Origin: the human T2T-CHM13v2.0 reference genome, Homo sapiens
Assembly (NCBI RefSeq): GCF_009914755.1
Contig: NC_060942.1
Reading direction: 5' to 3' (one strand)
Length of the DNA stretch: 64,000 nt
The notes below the pieces were generated by a model that was given only the letters and a program-made list of their open reading frames with translations, was not told the DNA's origin and ran no database searches. Shown piece by piece: positions 1-19,768 of the stretch. Numbering within the stretch: the first letter of the stretch is position 1; each line of letters begins with the position of its first letter. A program made the translations under genes and the position numbers.

Positions 1-1191
1 ATTTTGGTTCTTGTTGTTCAACTGAAAAGGATGGTCTTCTCAAGTACATATTGGCAAGACATTTTCCCTGCAAGAACTAATAGTTGATAAGTTAGAAATG
101 TATCATAAACAAAAATGTACATTTTATGCAATGTGATCATATTCTTTTGAAATAACCACATGTATGAGAGATTAAAATCCCCACAGGTAACGCTTGTTCA
201 TAAAATTTCTTTATATTAACTTAGAAGTTTTACTTATTTTATAATATTTTTTGAAGTAGCTAAAGAGAAGACATTTATAAATGATTTTCTCTTGCTAATT
301 TATGACATTTTTATATCATCTGAATCTTTATGAATACATATTACTTTTACAAACAGAAAAATAAAAGTGTTTTGTTATAGAATAATACATAACTATGAGA
401 GAAAAACATGAATTTTAGTATGGCACAACCTAGAAAGTTATTACTAATGAGTCACATAATTTAAGTGCTAAGTTCATCTTGACCATGAATTGCTGATTTT
501 GGAAATATTTTTGAATTTAGGTCACTTCTACCTATTCTTATCTATAATTAAGCATTCTTCTCAAAGTAGAAAGATCAAGTTGCTCATTATTCTTACTGTG
601 AATACAATTAGTAAGACACCTAATAGTAGCACTTTCAGTTGTTAAAAACAGCAAAACCAGTATATCTAATATTTTTTGTTATTCTTTACACCACACAGTA
701 ACTCACATCCATGTGGTGGTTCACAGGTTTATAGCATAAGAAGCATTCTCACTTACCTCTGCACCTTTCGTATTCCTAATAGATGTATGAAATGGGTGGG
801 GCATCTATAGAGACTCTAAGATACAAACTTCTCCATGTAAGACCATACATCTACGCAGTCACAGAGCCGGGGAAGAACTAATCATTGATTCCGACTCAAG
901 CTATTTGCCTTTCATTTCTGTGGGCCTGAAGCCTGTACCCATGAATGCTCCATACATGTTGATGAGGAAGAGGATGCCTTTTTACCAGGCATTCAATGTA
1001 CTAGATGCTCTTTGTTGCTTTTTCTTCATCTGCACGTGGGGAATGAGCTGGAGGGCGTGAAGAGGAGCACAGAAGGACAAGAGTAACCCAGAACAGACTG
1101 TGAGCACCCGTAATGCTCTCACTCCCAATGTGGAATGGGTTCTTCATAACAGCTCTGGGAGCATGGCAATATAGGTCTTATTCATGCTGAA

Positions 1192-1193
<2 letters not shown>

Positions 1194-1227
<34 letters not shown>

Positions 1228-1493
1228 AGACTGGCTTTCACTCTGTTGCCCAGGCTAGAGTGCAGTTGCACAATCATGTTTCACTGCAGCCTGGACCTCC
1301 AAGGCTCAAGCAAGCCTCTCACCTCAGCCTCCCAGGTAGCACCACCACGCCCAGCTAATTTTTGTGTATTTTTTGTAGAGACTGGGTTTCACCATATTGC
1401 CCAAGCTGGTCTCGAACTCCTGGGCTCAAGTGATCTGCCCGCCTCAGCCTCCCAAAGTGCTGGGATTATAGGTTTGAGCCTCTGCTTCCAGCC
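1194..1493 (-). mobile_element. Alu (J-like, small internal deletion)
   Basis: Poly-T then Alu body; TSD CATGCT(G/A)AATC. Confidence 0.9.
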
Positions 1494-1835
1494 CATGCTA
1501 AATCCTAATGCCATATTCATTTATCACATTGTCCATTACCTTTCAAATTCTATGACAGCATAGCCATGTGTTCATTCAATTGTGAAGTATTTGTTGAGCA
1601 TCTTCTAAGCACCAGGGACTATGTTCGATGCTGAGTCCAAAGTTGAGAGCAGCAGACAGGCTCCCTGCCTACGTGGAGTTTGGAGTCTAGCAGGAGAGAG
1701 ACATTACATAAAAAAGCACAAAGACACATAATTACTAATTCTACGGGGAAACAAAAGAAGAGGCTTTATGAGAGACACTAGCAGGAAAGAGACATAATTA
1801 GGATGGAGGAGGGGTGTGTCAGGAAGTTTTTCTCA

Positions 1836-2153
<318 letters not shown>

Positions 2154-2990
2154 TTAAGCTGAGACCAAATGATGAGTAGGGATTTACAAGGAAAGATTTC
2201 AGGAACGGTTTCAAGAACAGGAACTCCTCTATACCAAGGCCCTGAGGTAGGAAAATGCTTAGTTTGTTGGAAGAATTGAAAGAAAGCTCATGTGGGCAGA
2301 GCAGACGATGCAAAGGAGTGTGTGGCCAGAGACCAGGCAAGAGAGGCCTTGCTCCCCATCTTAAGTACTCTGTGGTTATCCTAAGATCAGTGGCAAGCCA
2401 TTGCTGAGTTATAAGTAGGGAAGAGACATAATCAGACCTATTTTTTTAAAAGATGGCATTGGCAGTTTCTATTGGGTTAGAATGGAGTGGGAGTCCGCGT
2501 GGGAAATCAGTGCAGAGGCCCCTGCCATGCTCTAGGGACAGATGGTGGTGACGGCACTAGGGCAGTGGCTGAGGCGGTGACAGGAAAGGGAAACATCTAG
2601 ACTTGGTGTTGGATGGGGTGAGGGGAGTGAGGGAGAAGGACATGCCTCCAAGGTGTGGCTTGATAAAGAGCGCGTGGGTTTGTCACTCATGAAGATGCAG
2701 AACAGGAGGGGAACAGCTTTGGTGACTGGGGAGGTGGCATCATCAGGAGCTTAGACGTAGACTTATTAGGGGCAAGCCGCCTAGGAGACATTCAAGTGGA
2801 GATGTCAGGGAGGCACTTGAATGTAAGAGTGTTGTTGAAAAGAGAGCCTTATGCTGGAGCTGATTGCTTTGGGAGGTGGTACTAAAATTCATGAAAACTG
2901 ATGAGACCATCTCGGGAAAAAGAGTACAATGAAAAGAAAGGAAGACCCAGAACCAAGCCCAGAGAAACTTCTACTCTTAAAAATAGATAA

Positions 2991-3300
2991 AGGCTGCTGG
3001 CACCATGGTCATACCTGTAATCCCAGCACTTTGGGAGGCCAAGGTGGGAAGATCGCTTGAGCCCAGGAGTTCAAGATTAGCCTGGGCAACATGGTGAAAC
3101 CTTATCTCTACTAAAAATACAAAAATTAGCCAAGCATCATGGCACACACATGTAGCCCCAGCTACTCGAGAGGCTGATGTGGGAGGATCACCTGAGCCAG
3201 GGGAGGACGAGGCTGCAGTGAGCTGTGATCACGCCACTGCACTTCAGCCTGGGCAACAAAGTGAGACCCTATCTGACAAAAAAAAAAAAAAAAAAAAAAA
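2991..3300 (+). mobile_element. AluJ
   Basis: Dimer with poly-A. Confidence 0.9.
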
Positions 3301-3609
3301 GGCAAAGGAGAAGGAAGTAGTTAAAGAGCTGGGGCAGGACCTACCGGAGAGGTAGGAGAAGAACCAGGAGAGTGTGGTGTCTAACGAGTCAAGAGAAGAG
3401 AAAGTTCCATAAGGGGGAAGTGGCCAGCAGTGCCCAATGTAGCTGGGACCACTACTCATGAGTAAAGCATGCAAAGCACTCAACAGCAGTTCAAAGAGGA
3501 GAGCACTGCACATGAGAAAGGAAAAGATACCTTTATAGAAATTTCAACCGTGAGTAGCTGGTTTATTTTCAAGAGGACCTTTTACCCACATTTTGTGGCA
3601 GCCAGATAA

Positions 3610-4114
<505 letters not shown>

Positions 4115-4567
4115 TAGGAAATTTTTCAAACATAAAAGTTGAATGCATTACACAATAAGCACCCAGGTGTCTATCACCTGGATTCCACAAGCAATGTTTT
4201 ATTATACCTGCTTGATCACGTTTCTATCCATCTAACCATCCCTCTCACCGTCCATCAATCCATCTTAATTTTTGGATGCATTTCAAAGTTAGTTTTAAAC
4301 ATAATATTTCACAATGAAACACTTCAGCATCCATATAATTAACTAGAATTCAATATCTGTTTATGGTTCTTTTTCTTTTTCTTTTAGGAGATGTGGTCTC
4401 ACTATGTTGCCCAGGCTGGACTTGAACTACTCCCCAAGCAATCCTCCTGTCTCAGGCTCAGTAGCTGGAACTACAGGCACTGCCACTGCCCTCAGCTGAT
4501 AGTTCTTTTTCCTTTAGGGTAAAATTTAAAAAGAGCAAACTGCACAAATCTTAACTGTGCCGTTTGA

Positions 4568-5173
<606 letters not shown>

Positions 5174-6074
5174 TGATGCTTTTTGACAAATGCGTATCTT
5201 GCACGTGTCCTATTAAGTTATAGAATATTACATCGACCCAGAGTTTGTCACTGCTGCTTTATCTTTCAGAAAGTGCAGAGAGCGTAAGGAAAGAGCTCTG
5301 GTCCCGGGCTCACGGTAAGAACACAGCCAGTGTTCATTCCCTTCTCCCTTCTGCAAGGGGACTCTACCACCACTCACACAGATTCACCCACATTTTCACC
5401 AAGATAGAAATAGACATTGAACTCCTCCTAAAAGTGCTTTTGTAAACGTTTCACAATAAACCCTTTGTAGAGGACAATGGTGTCCAGTGAACCAAGCCCA
5501 GCCTAGGAAATCATAATTCCTCACTCAGAATCCTGCTCTGGGCATGCTGAGCAAGCTTATGTTAAAGTTCTCTTACTTGTAAAACAGGAACAATAACCAT
5601 CTGCATCAGAGAAGTGTAACAATTACCCTGGCATTTTCATGTATTAACTAAAATAGCCCCAGAGAAAAAGGTGAAAAGATTTCAATACCAGGTTATGAAC
5701 ATTTTTACCAACCTGCCACATTGTCACAGTTTAACCCTTTGGTGCCCTAACCTGGCCATGCTACTGAGGAAAGGCCTGTTGGGCACCAGTTTGAATCAGG
5801 GACGTTCTGTGTGGAGTGCTGGGCCTGCTCAGATTTGGCACTGGAATCAGGACTGTGGTTGCTTGTGATGTCTTCCCAGGTCAAATATCCATCGCTAACA
5901 ACCCCTGAAAGAGGATGTGGGCTTTGTTTATTTGTTCATTTTATTGCTTTTGTTTGTTTTGTAACTCTGGGCTTTAAGAAGATAGTATTAGAAACTTATC
6001 GGTTGGAAGGAAGAGAGGGTTTCCAAATTACTTGCCCTAAATCTGGATTTAAGGAACTCTGAGACATAAATTGA

Positions 6075-6404
<330 letters not shown>

Positions 6405-6729
6405 TAATTAAAATTTGCTTGAGGCTTCTTCCCAAGCTCTGTGAGGGGTCTAATTATTTCCCTGGGTTTATGTTAATTCCTGAGGTTTTGCAGACACATG
6501 TTCACTTCCAGTTCCACAATCCTGCTCTTGCTGAATGCACGCCTCTCTTGGTGTCTACTTCTGCTGTTGTCATCCTTTTCTGCTCTGGGACAATCTCGTT
6601 CTGGAACTCAACCTCTTTTCTTTGAGTTATCCCAAACCACTTTCCCAAGGCAAAGCCTTGTACAATCCCATATCTGTATCTTTAATTTTTCTCCCCTCTC
6701 CTCTCTTTTTTTTTAATTAATTTTTTTAA

Positions 6730-7051
<322 letters not shown>

Positions 7052-7239
7052 TGACTGTTCTACTCCCACTCACAAATTATTGTTGATGTTTAGATGTGGA
7101 GTGGTTTAGCTATAACTTTGCTATCTTATATTCTTTCATCCAGTGGCCCCAGGGTCTTTCCACCCACAAGTGGCTAATCAAGGCATTTTTCCAGACAAAG
7201 ACAGTTCTCTAAGAGGAACTTTGGTATAAATTCTTTAAA

Positions 7240-7240
7240 G

Positions 7241-7286
<46 letters not shown>

Positions 7287-7710
7287 CACATATACACATC
7301 TATACACACAAACACGTACATATATACACATATATAATATATATGCATATACATACATCATATATCATGCATTGTAGATATGTATATAATATATAAAGTA
7401 TACAGATAATTACATGAATACATATTTATTTATTTATTTTATTCATTTATTTTTGAGACAGGGTCTCAACTCTGTCACCCAGGCTGGAGTGCAGTGATGC
7501 AATCTTGGCTCACTGCAACCACCACCTCTTGGGTTCAAGCAATCCTCCCACCTCAGCCTTCCGAGTAACTGGGACCACAGGCACGTGTCACTATGACTGG
7601 CTAATTTGTATTTTTGGTAGAGACATGTTGCCCATGCTGGCGCATAAATACATACGTATTTAAATCTATATACATATTATATGTATACACACACACACAC
7701 ATATATATAC
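7240..7710. repeat. (TG)n and TA-rich microsatellites with a partial Alu (7424-7640, minus)
   Basis: Direct inspection. Confidence 0.85.
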
Positions 7711-9670
7711 TCCACTGCATAGATTCAGTCATCTACACATCTAAACCACCTTTACTGTGGAATTAGTGAACTCTTTAGCTCCTCCCTTAGTCTGTTTCTT
7801 ATTCTCATCTTTATTTCTCATTAAACTGATTATAATATATAAATATATTTCTTATATTTATCTCATCTTTATTTCTTATTCTCACCATCATTTTATTTCT
7901 GCATTGCCATACACCTTTCTTTCTGATTAAAATTAATCCCATCCAGTTTGCACTGTTGAGTTTATAAAATGGGAGACTGGAAATATCTGTTCAGTCACAC
8001 ACTGATTCAATCATACATTCATTCAACATACAATAATTGAGCACCTACAATAGAATACCATATTGGGTCCTATAGAAGAGACGGATAAAAGGGAGGGGGT
8101 CCATGCCTTCAGAAACTTAAAATCCAGCTGGATGTGCAACACTTAACACACACGAAACAAAGCATCCTCAAATGCACAATTCTCATCAGAGGAACAGCAA
8201 ATTAGAGCAGAAAGCTAAAGCTTTGCCATGCACACCAATGCTGCTATATCAGCAGAATGAGCAGGAGGGGGAGAAAAGCCACTGTGGTTAAAAGAAACTG
8301 CTGGCCTATGGATTTTTTTAAATTACAATTTGCATGCTCTTCTAACAGTGTTAGTTCTGCTTAGGTGGCAGAGTGGCTTTCCTGAAAGTATGAGCTCAGC
8401 CTTGTCTTATGCCTGTTTAAAGAAAGAGGTCAGGTAAAGTGATTGTAGTAATAGCACCAAGCTGGTTGAAAACCACAGTATCTCTCAGATGGCACCAAAA
8501 ACACCCACACGATGGAAAATTTTTGCCTGCTAAAAGCCGCTTGAAGTTGTTTCAGAAACACATATGAGCAGTATTTGCTCTTCTCCTTGGGAGTGTTCTC
8601 GAGGAAAACAGCTTTCCAAACTTAACATGTTAAGGTAGTAGAACAGTCTAGTGGCCTGAGTGAATTTTGGATTGAGCAGCAAGTGGGCCTTGAGTATTCA
8701 GGTAGCAAGTGGTCAAGGAGAATTTGGAGCTGGTCAGTGCCTGGCTAAACTGCATGTGCCTTGAAGAGAAGTCCTTCAGATCCACCTGTGTCTACACAAA
8801 TTCATGAGTGACTGGTGCCGTGAATTCAGTCCCACTAACGCACCAGCCGTGCTTTTTGGTAGTTGTTTCCTTTTCTTGGCAATTTGGTTTTAGGTTGTGT
8901 CAAAAGGGGAAGACACAGAACTGAGACAAGGCAAAATTATAAGACATGTATCTTATTTTTTAGCTTCTCTATATCACTATATTTGAGGTGAAGGATTTAA
9001 TCCTTATATAGCTCTTCCAAATCTCTTCATACAGTACCACAATTTATAACTGAACTCTATACTGAATAATCATTTAAAGCATTTTAAACTACCTTGGAAG
9101 AGAAATGAGTAATGACTCAATATATTTGCAAAAACCCATACTGTATATATTGTAGGATGTCTACATAAAAACTGAATAACCCCATCAGTGTTCATTTGAC
9201 ATCAAAGTGGACCTAGGGGCAGAAAACAAAAGGACTCTCATCTTAAGGGCTGATAAATGTAGTCTATGTGTGGTATTGATAATTTTTTTAATTCACAGAT
9301 CAAATATATTTTAACACATGGAAGAATTTAACTATGAAGTTCATGAAGAATGGCAAGTATTAACATACTGAAAGATGGTATTCATGTGCAGGAGAAAGAT
9401 AATCATCTGTTTCTCAATGATGGCAACATGCAATAAATGACTTCCTTCCGTAGAACCTCCAAATTAGAGTAATTCGTGTATTTCCCGTTTCACATTCTAG
9501 GAAAGTAAGTTATATCATGCTTTTCTAAGAACTGGTTGTTTTTCCTTGCATACTTCTATGACAAAATTTAAAATAATTTATTTGTAAGAGGATATACTGA
9601 TGGTCTTAATTTGAAAACATTTAGTGAGATGTACCTGGCATACTAGATGTGATACTAAAAGAACTTGTGG

Positions 9671-10321
<651 letters not shown>

Positions 10322-10341
10322 TCCGGTGATTTTTAATATAT

Positions 10342-10360
10342 TTCTCTCTCTCTCTCTCTC

Positions 10361-10419
<59 letters not shown>

Positions 10420-10446
10420 GTATATATGTGCGTGTCTGTGTGTGTG

Positions 10447-10503
<57 letters not shown>
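10342..10503. repeat. Compound microsatellite (CT)n(TA)n(TATG)n(TG)n(TA)n
   Basis: Direct inspection; sits at the tail of the Alu at 10503-10795. Confidence 0.95.
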
Positions 10504-10795
10504 TTTTTTTTCTGAGACAGAGTCTTGCTCTGTTGCCCAGGCTGAAGTGCAGTGGTGTGATCTCAGCTCACTGCAACCTCCACCTCCTGGGTTTAAGCGA
10601 TTCTCCTGCTTCAGCCTCCTGAGTAGCTGGAACTACAGGCATGCACAGCCACGCCCTGCTAATTTTTGTATTTTTAGTAGAGACAGGGTTTTGCAATGTT
10701 GGCCAGGTTGGTCTCAAACTCCTGAGCTCAAGCAATCCATCAGCCTCGGCCTCCCAAAGTGCTGGGATTACAGGTGTGTGCCACCATGCCCATCC
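10503..10795 (-). mobile_element. Alu
   Basis: Alu consensus motifs. Confidence 0.9.
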
Positions 10796-11028
10796 AATTA
10801 TTATTTGAATTTTAACAATGATCATTACTTCTATCATCAGAAAGACCCATTAAAGATATTTCCATTGTAAAAATAACTGCATAGAAAAAATTGGCTTCCT
10901 ATACTTAAATAAATAATATTAGATCCATAACGGACACTATTCACAGGTAAGTTACAGATAGAACTGTAGAAAATATATAAAACGAACACTTTATATTATT
11001 ATAAGATTATCTTCATGACCTTGAATGA

Positions 11029-11335
<307 letters not shown>

Positions 11336-11344
11336 AATTTCAAA

Positions 11345-11772
11345 TTTTATTTTAGATTAAGGGGTACATGTGCAGGTTCATTATATGAGTGTATTGCATG
11401 ATAGTATGAATCATCGCATTACCCGGGTAGTGAGCATAGTACCAAATAGGTAGCTTTTGAGCCCTCGACCCCCCTCCCTCTCTCCCATATCAAGTAGTCC
11501 TCAGTGTCTACTGTTCCTTCCCATCTTTATGTTCATGTGTACCCAATGTTTAGCTCCTATTTGTGAGAACATGTGGTATCTTGTTTTCTGTTCCTGCATG
11601 AATTCACTTAGGATAATGACCAGCTGTATCCATGTTGCTTCAAATAACAAGATTTCATTCTTTTTTATGGCTGCATAGTATTCCATGGTATATATGTACC
11701 ATATTTTCTTTACACAATACACTGTTGATAGGTATGTCAGTTGATTCCATGTCTTTGTTATTGTGACTAGTT
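11345..11772 (-). mobile_element. Older L1 3'-end fragment (L1PB/L1MA-like)
   Basis: Minus-strand ORF 11501..11779 resembles the L1 ORF2 C-terminus (IYTMEYYAAIKKNEI). Confidence 0.85.
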
Positions 11773-11823
11773 TAAGCAAATTTTCTTAACACAGAAAAGA
11801 CATGAATCATAAAGGAAAAGTTC

Positions 11824-12090
11824 TTTTTTGAGACAGGGTCTCACAGTGTGTCAGCTCACTGCAACCTCTGCTACCTGGGCTCAAGTGATCCTCTTGCCTC
11901 AGCCTCCCAAGCAGCTGGAACCACAGACATGCACCACCATGCCTGGCTTTTTTTTTTTTTTTTGTATTTTTGGTAGAGACAGGGTTTTACCATGGTGCTC
12001 AGGGTGGTCTCAAATCCTGAGCTCAAGTGATTTGCCCTCCTTGGCCTCCCAAAGTGCTGGGATTACAGGCCTGATCCACCACACCTGGCC
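11824..12090 (-). mobile_element. AluJ with deletion
   Basis: Alu motifs; TSD-like ATAAAGG(A/G)AAG. Confidence 0.85.
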
Positions 12091-12099
12091 TATAAAGGG

Positions 12100-12690
12100 A
12101 AAGATTTATAAATTTGCTTGTATTTTAGAGATGACACTAAAATTAAAAACTTAATTTAAAATTGAAGTTACAATACAAGCCACAGAACCAAGAAAAGGTA
12201 TAACATGTATAACAAAGTATTAGTTACAAGGGAAACATTAATAAGCAAAAAAATTTTGTTTAATAAGCAAAAAAAATTTTGTTTAATGGGCAAAAATGTG
12301 AACAGGAAGCGGAAAAGGAAAACAAAATCACCAAAATCACAAAAGTGTGCTCAGCCTCACTGTAATTAGAGAAAAAAATTAAAATGAGATACCATGGTAT
12401 GTACATCTGATTATCTACAATATTTATCCAGACAATATGAGATGTTGAAAAGGATGTAGAAAATAGGAACTTACATATTCTAGTAGTGGGAGTGAAAACT
12501 AGTACAGCCATTTTGATATTGAATTACTGATACCTAACAAAAATGTATGTTATGACCCAGAAAATCTTTTTCTATAGAAACTTGCAAATATTTGCACAGA
12601 TGACATCTATAGAAAGTTGGAAACAATCTACAAGTCTATCAATAGGGAAATGAAAAATAAAGTGAAAATTCCCAAGAACATTGAATCAGC
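12100..12690 (+). mobile_element. Ancient L1M fragment
   Basis: A-rich degenerate L1 ORF2 3' motifs (aaaatgagataccat, gtgggagtgaaaactagtacagccatttt). Confidence 0.55.
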
Positions 12691-12697
12691 AGTTGAT

Positions 12698-12850
12698 GCT
12701 GGATGTGGTGGTGTGCACCTGTAGCCCCAGCTACTTGGGAGGCTGAGGTGGGAGGATCCCTTGGGCGCAGGAGTTCAAGGCAGCGGTGAGCTATGATTGT
12801 GCCACTGTACTCCAGCCTGGGCAACAGAGCAAGAAAAAGCAAACAAAAAA
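12698..12850 (+). mobile_element. Alu right monomer (FRAM-like)
   Basis: Single right arm. Confidence 0.8.
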
Positions 12851-13059
12851 TCCCCAGCAGTTTAAAACATGAACCAGGTCTCTAGGTACTGATGTTATTA
12901 ACAAAGATCACCAAAAAAATCATTGAGAAGAAAAAAAAGCAGGTTGCAAAAATATTTCCATAGTGTGATAAAATTGTTTTAATTGTAAAAACACCATATA
13001 TATTGATAATGGATACATAGAAAATAATAAAGAGAATCATATACTAAAGGAAACTATTA

Positions 13060-13623
<564 letters not shown>

Positions 13624-13871
13624 CTAGTAAGCATGGGGATAGAGCAGGGCTCTAACTTCAATTTCCATTTACAGTCATGACATGCAAAAAACATTACTTG
13701 ATGCCCAGCATGAAGCTCACTCACAGACACCCTGAAAATAGTCACTGATCGCACTGGAGCAAAAAAACAGCTTTCAGCCTGAGGAAGATCACATTGAGAG
13801 AAGTTGAAAGCATTTTGAAGAAAAACTCAGATTGGACACAGATTAGTCAAGTTGGTCTGAAAGTATCCCCT

Positions 13872-14817
<946 letters not shown>

Positions 14818-15305
14818 TGAAGGTGTTTCTTCCATCTCTGCTTCTGTCTCACCTGCTGGCCCTTGGATTGGGGATCTACGTCAGGGAAAGCGTCTGACGA
14901 CATCAATCAGTACCTTCAGATGAAGAATTGAAATCTGACTTGGTTCACACAGTGGAGGCTATCTACTGAAAACTGCACCTAACTCTGCTTTTTATTATTT
15001 TTTAAGCAGAAACTAGGAAACCAAGGTACAACTCCACAGTCGAATTTATGCACTAAAATGTGTTTGCTGATTTGTGTGCTCTTAGAATCAGCTTTCTTTT
15101 ACGCAAGGCTGTGTCTGTCAAGAGACTGGAAATAGAAAAAAATAAATCTTTGCTAAATTCTTCAGAGATTACAATATTTGCATATAGTTTAAAACAAAAC
15201 CTTATAAAAGGCTTTTTGATTAAACCAGAAAAAAAAAGTTGTTTACTTAAAAATAAACACTTGCACTTCCCCAGTGTTACTAGGCCCCTTGCAGGCTTGG
15301 TTTGA

Positions 15306-15602
<297 letters not shown>

Positions 15603-17086
15603 TAAGAGGCCACAACAAAACCATAGTCACTTCCTTGGGACTTCACTGGACCTTGCCTGACAGAAATGGGGCTTGTGGAATGACTTAAGCCTTCCTCCAG
15701 CTTTGCCGAAGGAAATCGAGCTCTGTGTTGATTTATAGTTGTTAGCCACTCTTTTATTTGTCAGTATTCTAAAAACTGTTGGGAAGCCTACATCATTAAA
15801 AAATATTATCTGTCAGACCAAAGATATGGAAAGTCGTTTTTGTTTTGTTTTATTTGTTTGTTTGTTTGAGAAATGTACAGCTTAAGAATTTTGTCTCCTA
15901 GATTTCTTGGTCAGTTTAAGGACATTTGATGCAAGTGTTGTGATTTAAATAGCCACATTTCCCAGAAAGCTCCTGTGTTTTTTGTAACCTCCTCTCTTTT
16001 CTAACAGGCCTAATACAAAGTTAGCCTCATACGTGTGAGTCCTGGAAATAGAACATTCAGCAGATTCTATGTAGCAATTACTATCTGGGACACCAACAGA
16101 TATGTACTCCTGGTGCTATCTGGCAGACCCCTGGAGTCAGGGCTGAAAACACTGGCATACTGGCCAGCATCCGTCTTAACTTGTTAGCACCCGAACCTTA
16201 CCAGGAGTTCAGCATTGTGAATATTACTCTGGCCCAGGAGGTCATTATTGCCCCAGGTGCATGGGTCTTGGCATGTTTAGTGCCTCAGCACTGAAATCTG
16301 GCTTTGGACCCTTTCTACTCCACAGCTTTTCCAGCCTTTCTCTTCTCATTGTCAGGCTATTTTCTTCGTCCTCACCCTTTAACTCACACCGTCTCTAGGA
16401 CCCATCAAACCTTAGGCAGGAATTATTTGAACCTCTCTTCTCATCACCCTGGATGTAATGCCAATTCTCCAGGAGGGAAAACATGACCTGACACCCTGAA
16501 GACCTCTCCATCCCACCCCCTGCACCCCACCTCTCTGGAACACATGCATGCACACACACTCACGTACACTCCATGGCTCTTGCAATGGGCCAGCCTGCTT
16601 AACATCCCTGGTGATGATGCCTAAGTCACACAGTTTTCTCTGACTTCTGTCTGAAAAGCATCATCTTCAGCAAAAGTGGTCGGCTGGTAAGAGGAAGTAA
16701 CGTAAGAAAGGATATGATAGGGTTCTTTGATCAATCATGTTTCTGAGAACATCATTATCTTCTATCTGTATTCAAAGCAAGTTCTGATTCTAGTGGAAAG
16801 CGTGGCCTCTCAGAGCTATCCTTGCTTACTCAGACATAGAAGTGATACACTGACCTCATGTGCTCTCTTCATATTTACATCATTAAAATTCTACCACAAC
16901 CCATCTTATAAGTCTGCCTATCATGTGTTCTTACCGCCTGGCTATAATAGGTGCTGAATAATATTTGTTATTTTGAATGTGTATTATTCCCAAGACAACA
17001 AAACAAGTTGAAAGATTGCTCTGTAGCAACACAAATATCAGATTTCAGAGGGGGCAGACCATGAATAGGAGAGTTTGGGGTTATAA

Positions 17087-17412
<326 letters not shown>

Positions 17413-17683
17413 GTTATAAATTTCATATTCTTTAGCAGACAAGTCCACTATGAACCCAGTCATGTACTAATAACTAGACTGTGAGCTCCGTGAGGGCAAG
17501 ACTATATCCAATATCTTGACATCTTCAATACTCAGTGTACCCTTCCCTGACACATGAAAGAAACTTGGAAAACATTAAAGGGATTGAGGAATGGTCTAGT
17601 GAATGACAAAATCTATCCCTCTTATCCCATGTCCCAGGGTACACGTTTAACAAAATATTATGAAATTTAGAAAGTGGTCATAA

Positions 17684-18005
<322 letters not shown>

Positions 18006-18477
18006 TATTTCAGGAATACTTGATTAAATGAATGTCAACAAGGCTTTCCCCCTGTTGGCCCTGCCTATCTTCATTTTTCAATAATACTTTTCAAAATGCA
18101 AATCTGAGAAAACCTATAATGTGGACAAACAGAAACTGTATCCAGTAAAATCTGCACTTGCCAGGACGGTCGGATGAGCCTTTAGAGCCCAGACATTGTG
18201 CAAATAGAATGTGAATCTAGGTTTATCTAGTGAGGTCAACCAGCAGGCATTTAGGAACTGCATATGCTCTGGGGAGTAGTGTCCACAGAGATTCAGAGTC
18301 AAAGTTCAGCAGAAGAGGAAATTCCTCTGAAAATTTGTGTAAAATTGTCCTCACTACACAAGGACAGCTATAAAATTTTGTAAGCTCCTACAAGTCTGGG
18401 ACTGCAGTGGGTTTAAGAATGTGTCCATTGTTTTAGCATTTACCTCAGATGAAATGCTGGTTAGAACAGGAAGTTCA

Positions 18478-19146
18478 CTAGTTCAACCATTGTGGAAGAC
18501 AGTGTGGCGATTCCTCAAGGATCTAGAACTAGAAATACCATTTGACCCAGCCATCCCATTACTGGGTATATACCCAAAGGATTATAAATCATGCTGCTAT
18601 AAAGACACATGCACTTGTATGTTTATTGCAGCACTATTCACATTAGCAAAGACTTGGAACCAACCCAAATGTCCAACAATGATAGACTGGATTAAGAAAA
18701 TGTGGCACATATACACCATGGAATACTATGCAGCCATAAAAATGGATGAGTTCATGTCCTTTGTAAGGACGTGGATGAAGCTGGAAACCATCATTCTGGG
18801 CAAACTATCGCAAGGACAGAAAACCAAACACCTCATGTTCTCACTCATAGGTGGAAATTGAACAATGAGAACACTTGGACACAGGGTGGGGAACATCACA
18901 CACCGGGGCCTGTTGTGAGATGGGGGGAGGGGGGAGGGATAGCATTAGGAGAAATACCTAATGTAAATGACGAGTTAATGGGTGCAGCACACCAACATGG
19001 CACATGTATACATATGTAACAAACCTGCACGTTGTGCACATGTACCCTAGAGCTTAAAGTATTAAAAAAAAAAGTATAATTGACAAAAAAAAAAAGTGAA
19101 GGAAAAAAATAAATATTTTTAAACATGCAAAATTGTTTAAAAAAAA
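18478..19146 (+). mobile_element. 5'-truncated L1PA (ORF2 C-terminus + 3' UTR) with a short 3' transduction
   Basis: ORF 18421..18861 matches the L1 ORF2 end (WNQPKCPTMIDWIKKMWHIYTMEYYAAIK); G-rich 3' UTR; 15-bp TSD AGAA(C/A)AGGAAGTTCA at 18463 and 19147. Confidence 0.92.
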
Positions 19147-19465
19147 AGAAAAGGAAGTTCATTTATTAAGAGAAATTACTCCTTGGTTTCAAACTAAAAT
19201 ACTTACCCTCATTCATTCTTTCTCTTCTTCCTTCTTTTCCTCTCTCTTTCTCTCCTTCTTCTTCTTTCTCCTCCTTCCCACCTCTCTTTCTTTCTCCTTC
19301 TCTCTTTCGTTTCCAGCTTTCTTTCAGTACATATATGTACTGTTTTCCTGGGAAATTCCATAAAAATGACAAAGATTTTCTGAGTGGTTCTCTTATTTTT
19401 AAGCAAAATCAATATTCACAAAGATAGCCTACTTGCATAACCCGATTAAGCCTCAGTTGGAGTAA

Positions 19466-19768
<303 letters not shown>

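Noticed and set aside
12238-12287. 22-bp tandem duplication
   Set aside because: Ordinary slippage in A-rich old L1 sequence.
18421-18861. 146-aa ORF
   Set aside because: C-terminal fragment of L1 ORF2 in a 5'-truncated copy.
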